A stretch of DNA of 64,000 bases from Eledone cirrhosa. Taxonomy: Eukaryota. Positions 63,570 through 64,000 of the stretch are shown piece by piece. Location: the NCBI GenBank assembly GCA_964016885.1, contig OZ024741.1, positions 217,620,001 through 217,684,000 on the forward strand. The letters are read 5' to 3'. A program made the translations under genes and the position numbers. Below the pieces are notes generated by a model that worked only from the letters and a program-made list of their open reading frames with translations, did no database searches and was not told where the DNA came from. Position 1 is the first letter of the stretch. Each line of letters begins with the position of its first letter.

Positions 63570-64000
63570 GTAGGTCAGTGACTGCCTGTGTGTGACCTGG
63601 TGAATTTGGGGACCTTCATACAGGTCAGTGACTGCCTGTGTGTAACCTGGTGAATTTGGGGACTTTCCTACAGGTCAGTGACTGCCTGTGTGTGACCTGG
63701 TGAATTTGGGGACCTTCCAATAGGCCAGCAACTGTCTGTGTGTGATCTGGTGAATTTGGGGACCTTCCTACAGGCCAGCAACTGCCTGTGTGTGTGTGAC
63801 CAGGTGAATTTAGTGACTGCCTATGTGTGACCTGGTGAATTTAAGGACCTTCCTACAGGTTAGTGACTCCCTGTGTGACCTGGTAAATTTAGGGACCTTC
63901 CTATGGGTTAGTGACTCCCTGTATGTGACCTGGTGAATTTAAGGACCTTCCTATAGGTTAGTGACTCCCTGTGTGTGACCTGGTAAATTTAGGGACCTTC
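63570..64000. repeat. 50-bp minisatellite (caggtcagtgactgcctgtgtgtgacctggtgaatttggggaccttccta), runs off the window
   Basis: Units start at 63571, 63621 and 63671. Confidence 0.93.

Overview
AT-rich, repeat-saturated eukaryotic (metazoan) DNA. The repeat content (RTE LINEs, tRNA-derived V- and Meta-type SINEs, Penelope-type palindromes, very long (TA)n tracts) suggests an invertebrate, probably an octopus-like cephalopod; that is inference only. Almost all ORFs in the six-frame track are artefacts of microsatellites and minisatellites. Hidden among the repeats is the 3' part of one spliced + strand gene. I assembled 11 exons by hand (6224-6375, 7430-7549, 8032-8122, 9568-9680, 10872-10973, 14244-14363, 15473-15564, 23346-23514, 24459-24600, 28439-28548, 40846-41127). 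All introns are GT-AG and all ten junctions are phase-compatible, giving 1493 nt and about 497 aa with no internal stop. The product is a TIR domain fused to a SLOG (LOG/Smf-DprA, STALD-like) domain, the same domain pair that makes and senses the signal in bacterial Thoeris anti-phage defence. The TIR has Gln at the position of the catalytic Glu. The 5' part of the gene lies outside the window. The rest is mobile DNA: a 5'-truncated but uninterrupted RTE LINE ORF with a PHD-like finger inserted in the RT, several RTE fragments, SINEs sharing the RTE 3' end, a DD37D (maT) remnant, MITEs, Penelope remnants with hammerhead-like motifs, a CRE-like endonuclease fragment that forms a possible poison exon, and several minisatellites apparently seeded by dispersed repeats. 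Domain calls come from motif recognition by eye; no database search was run.
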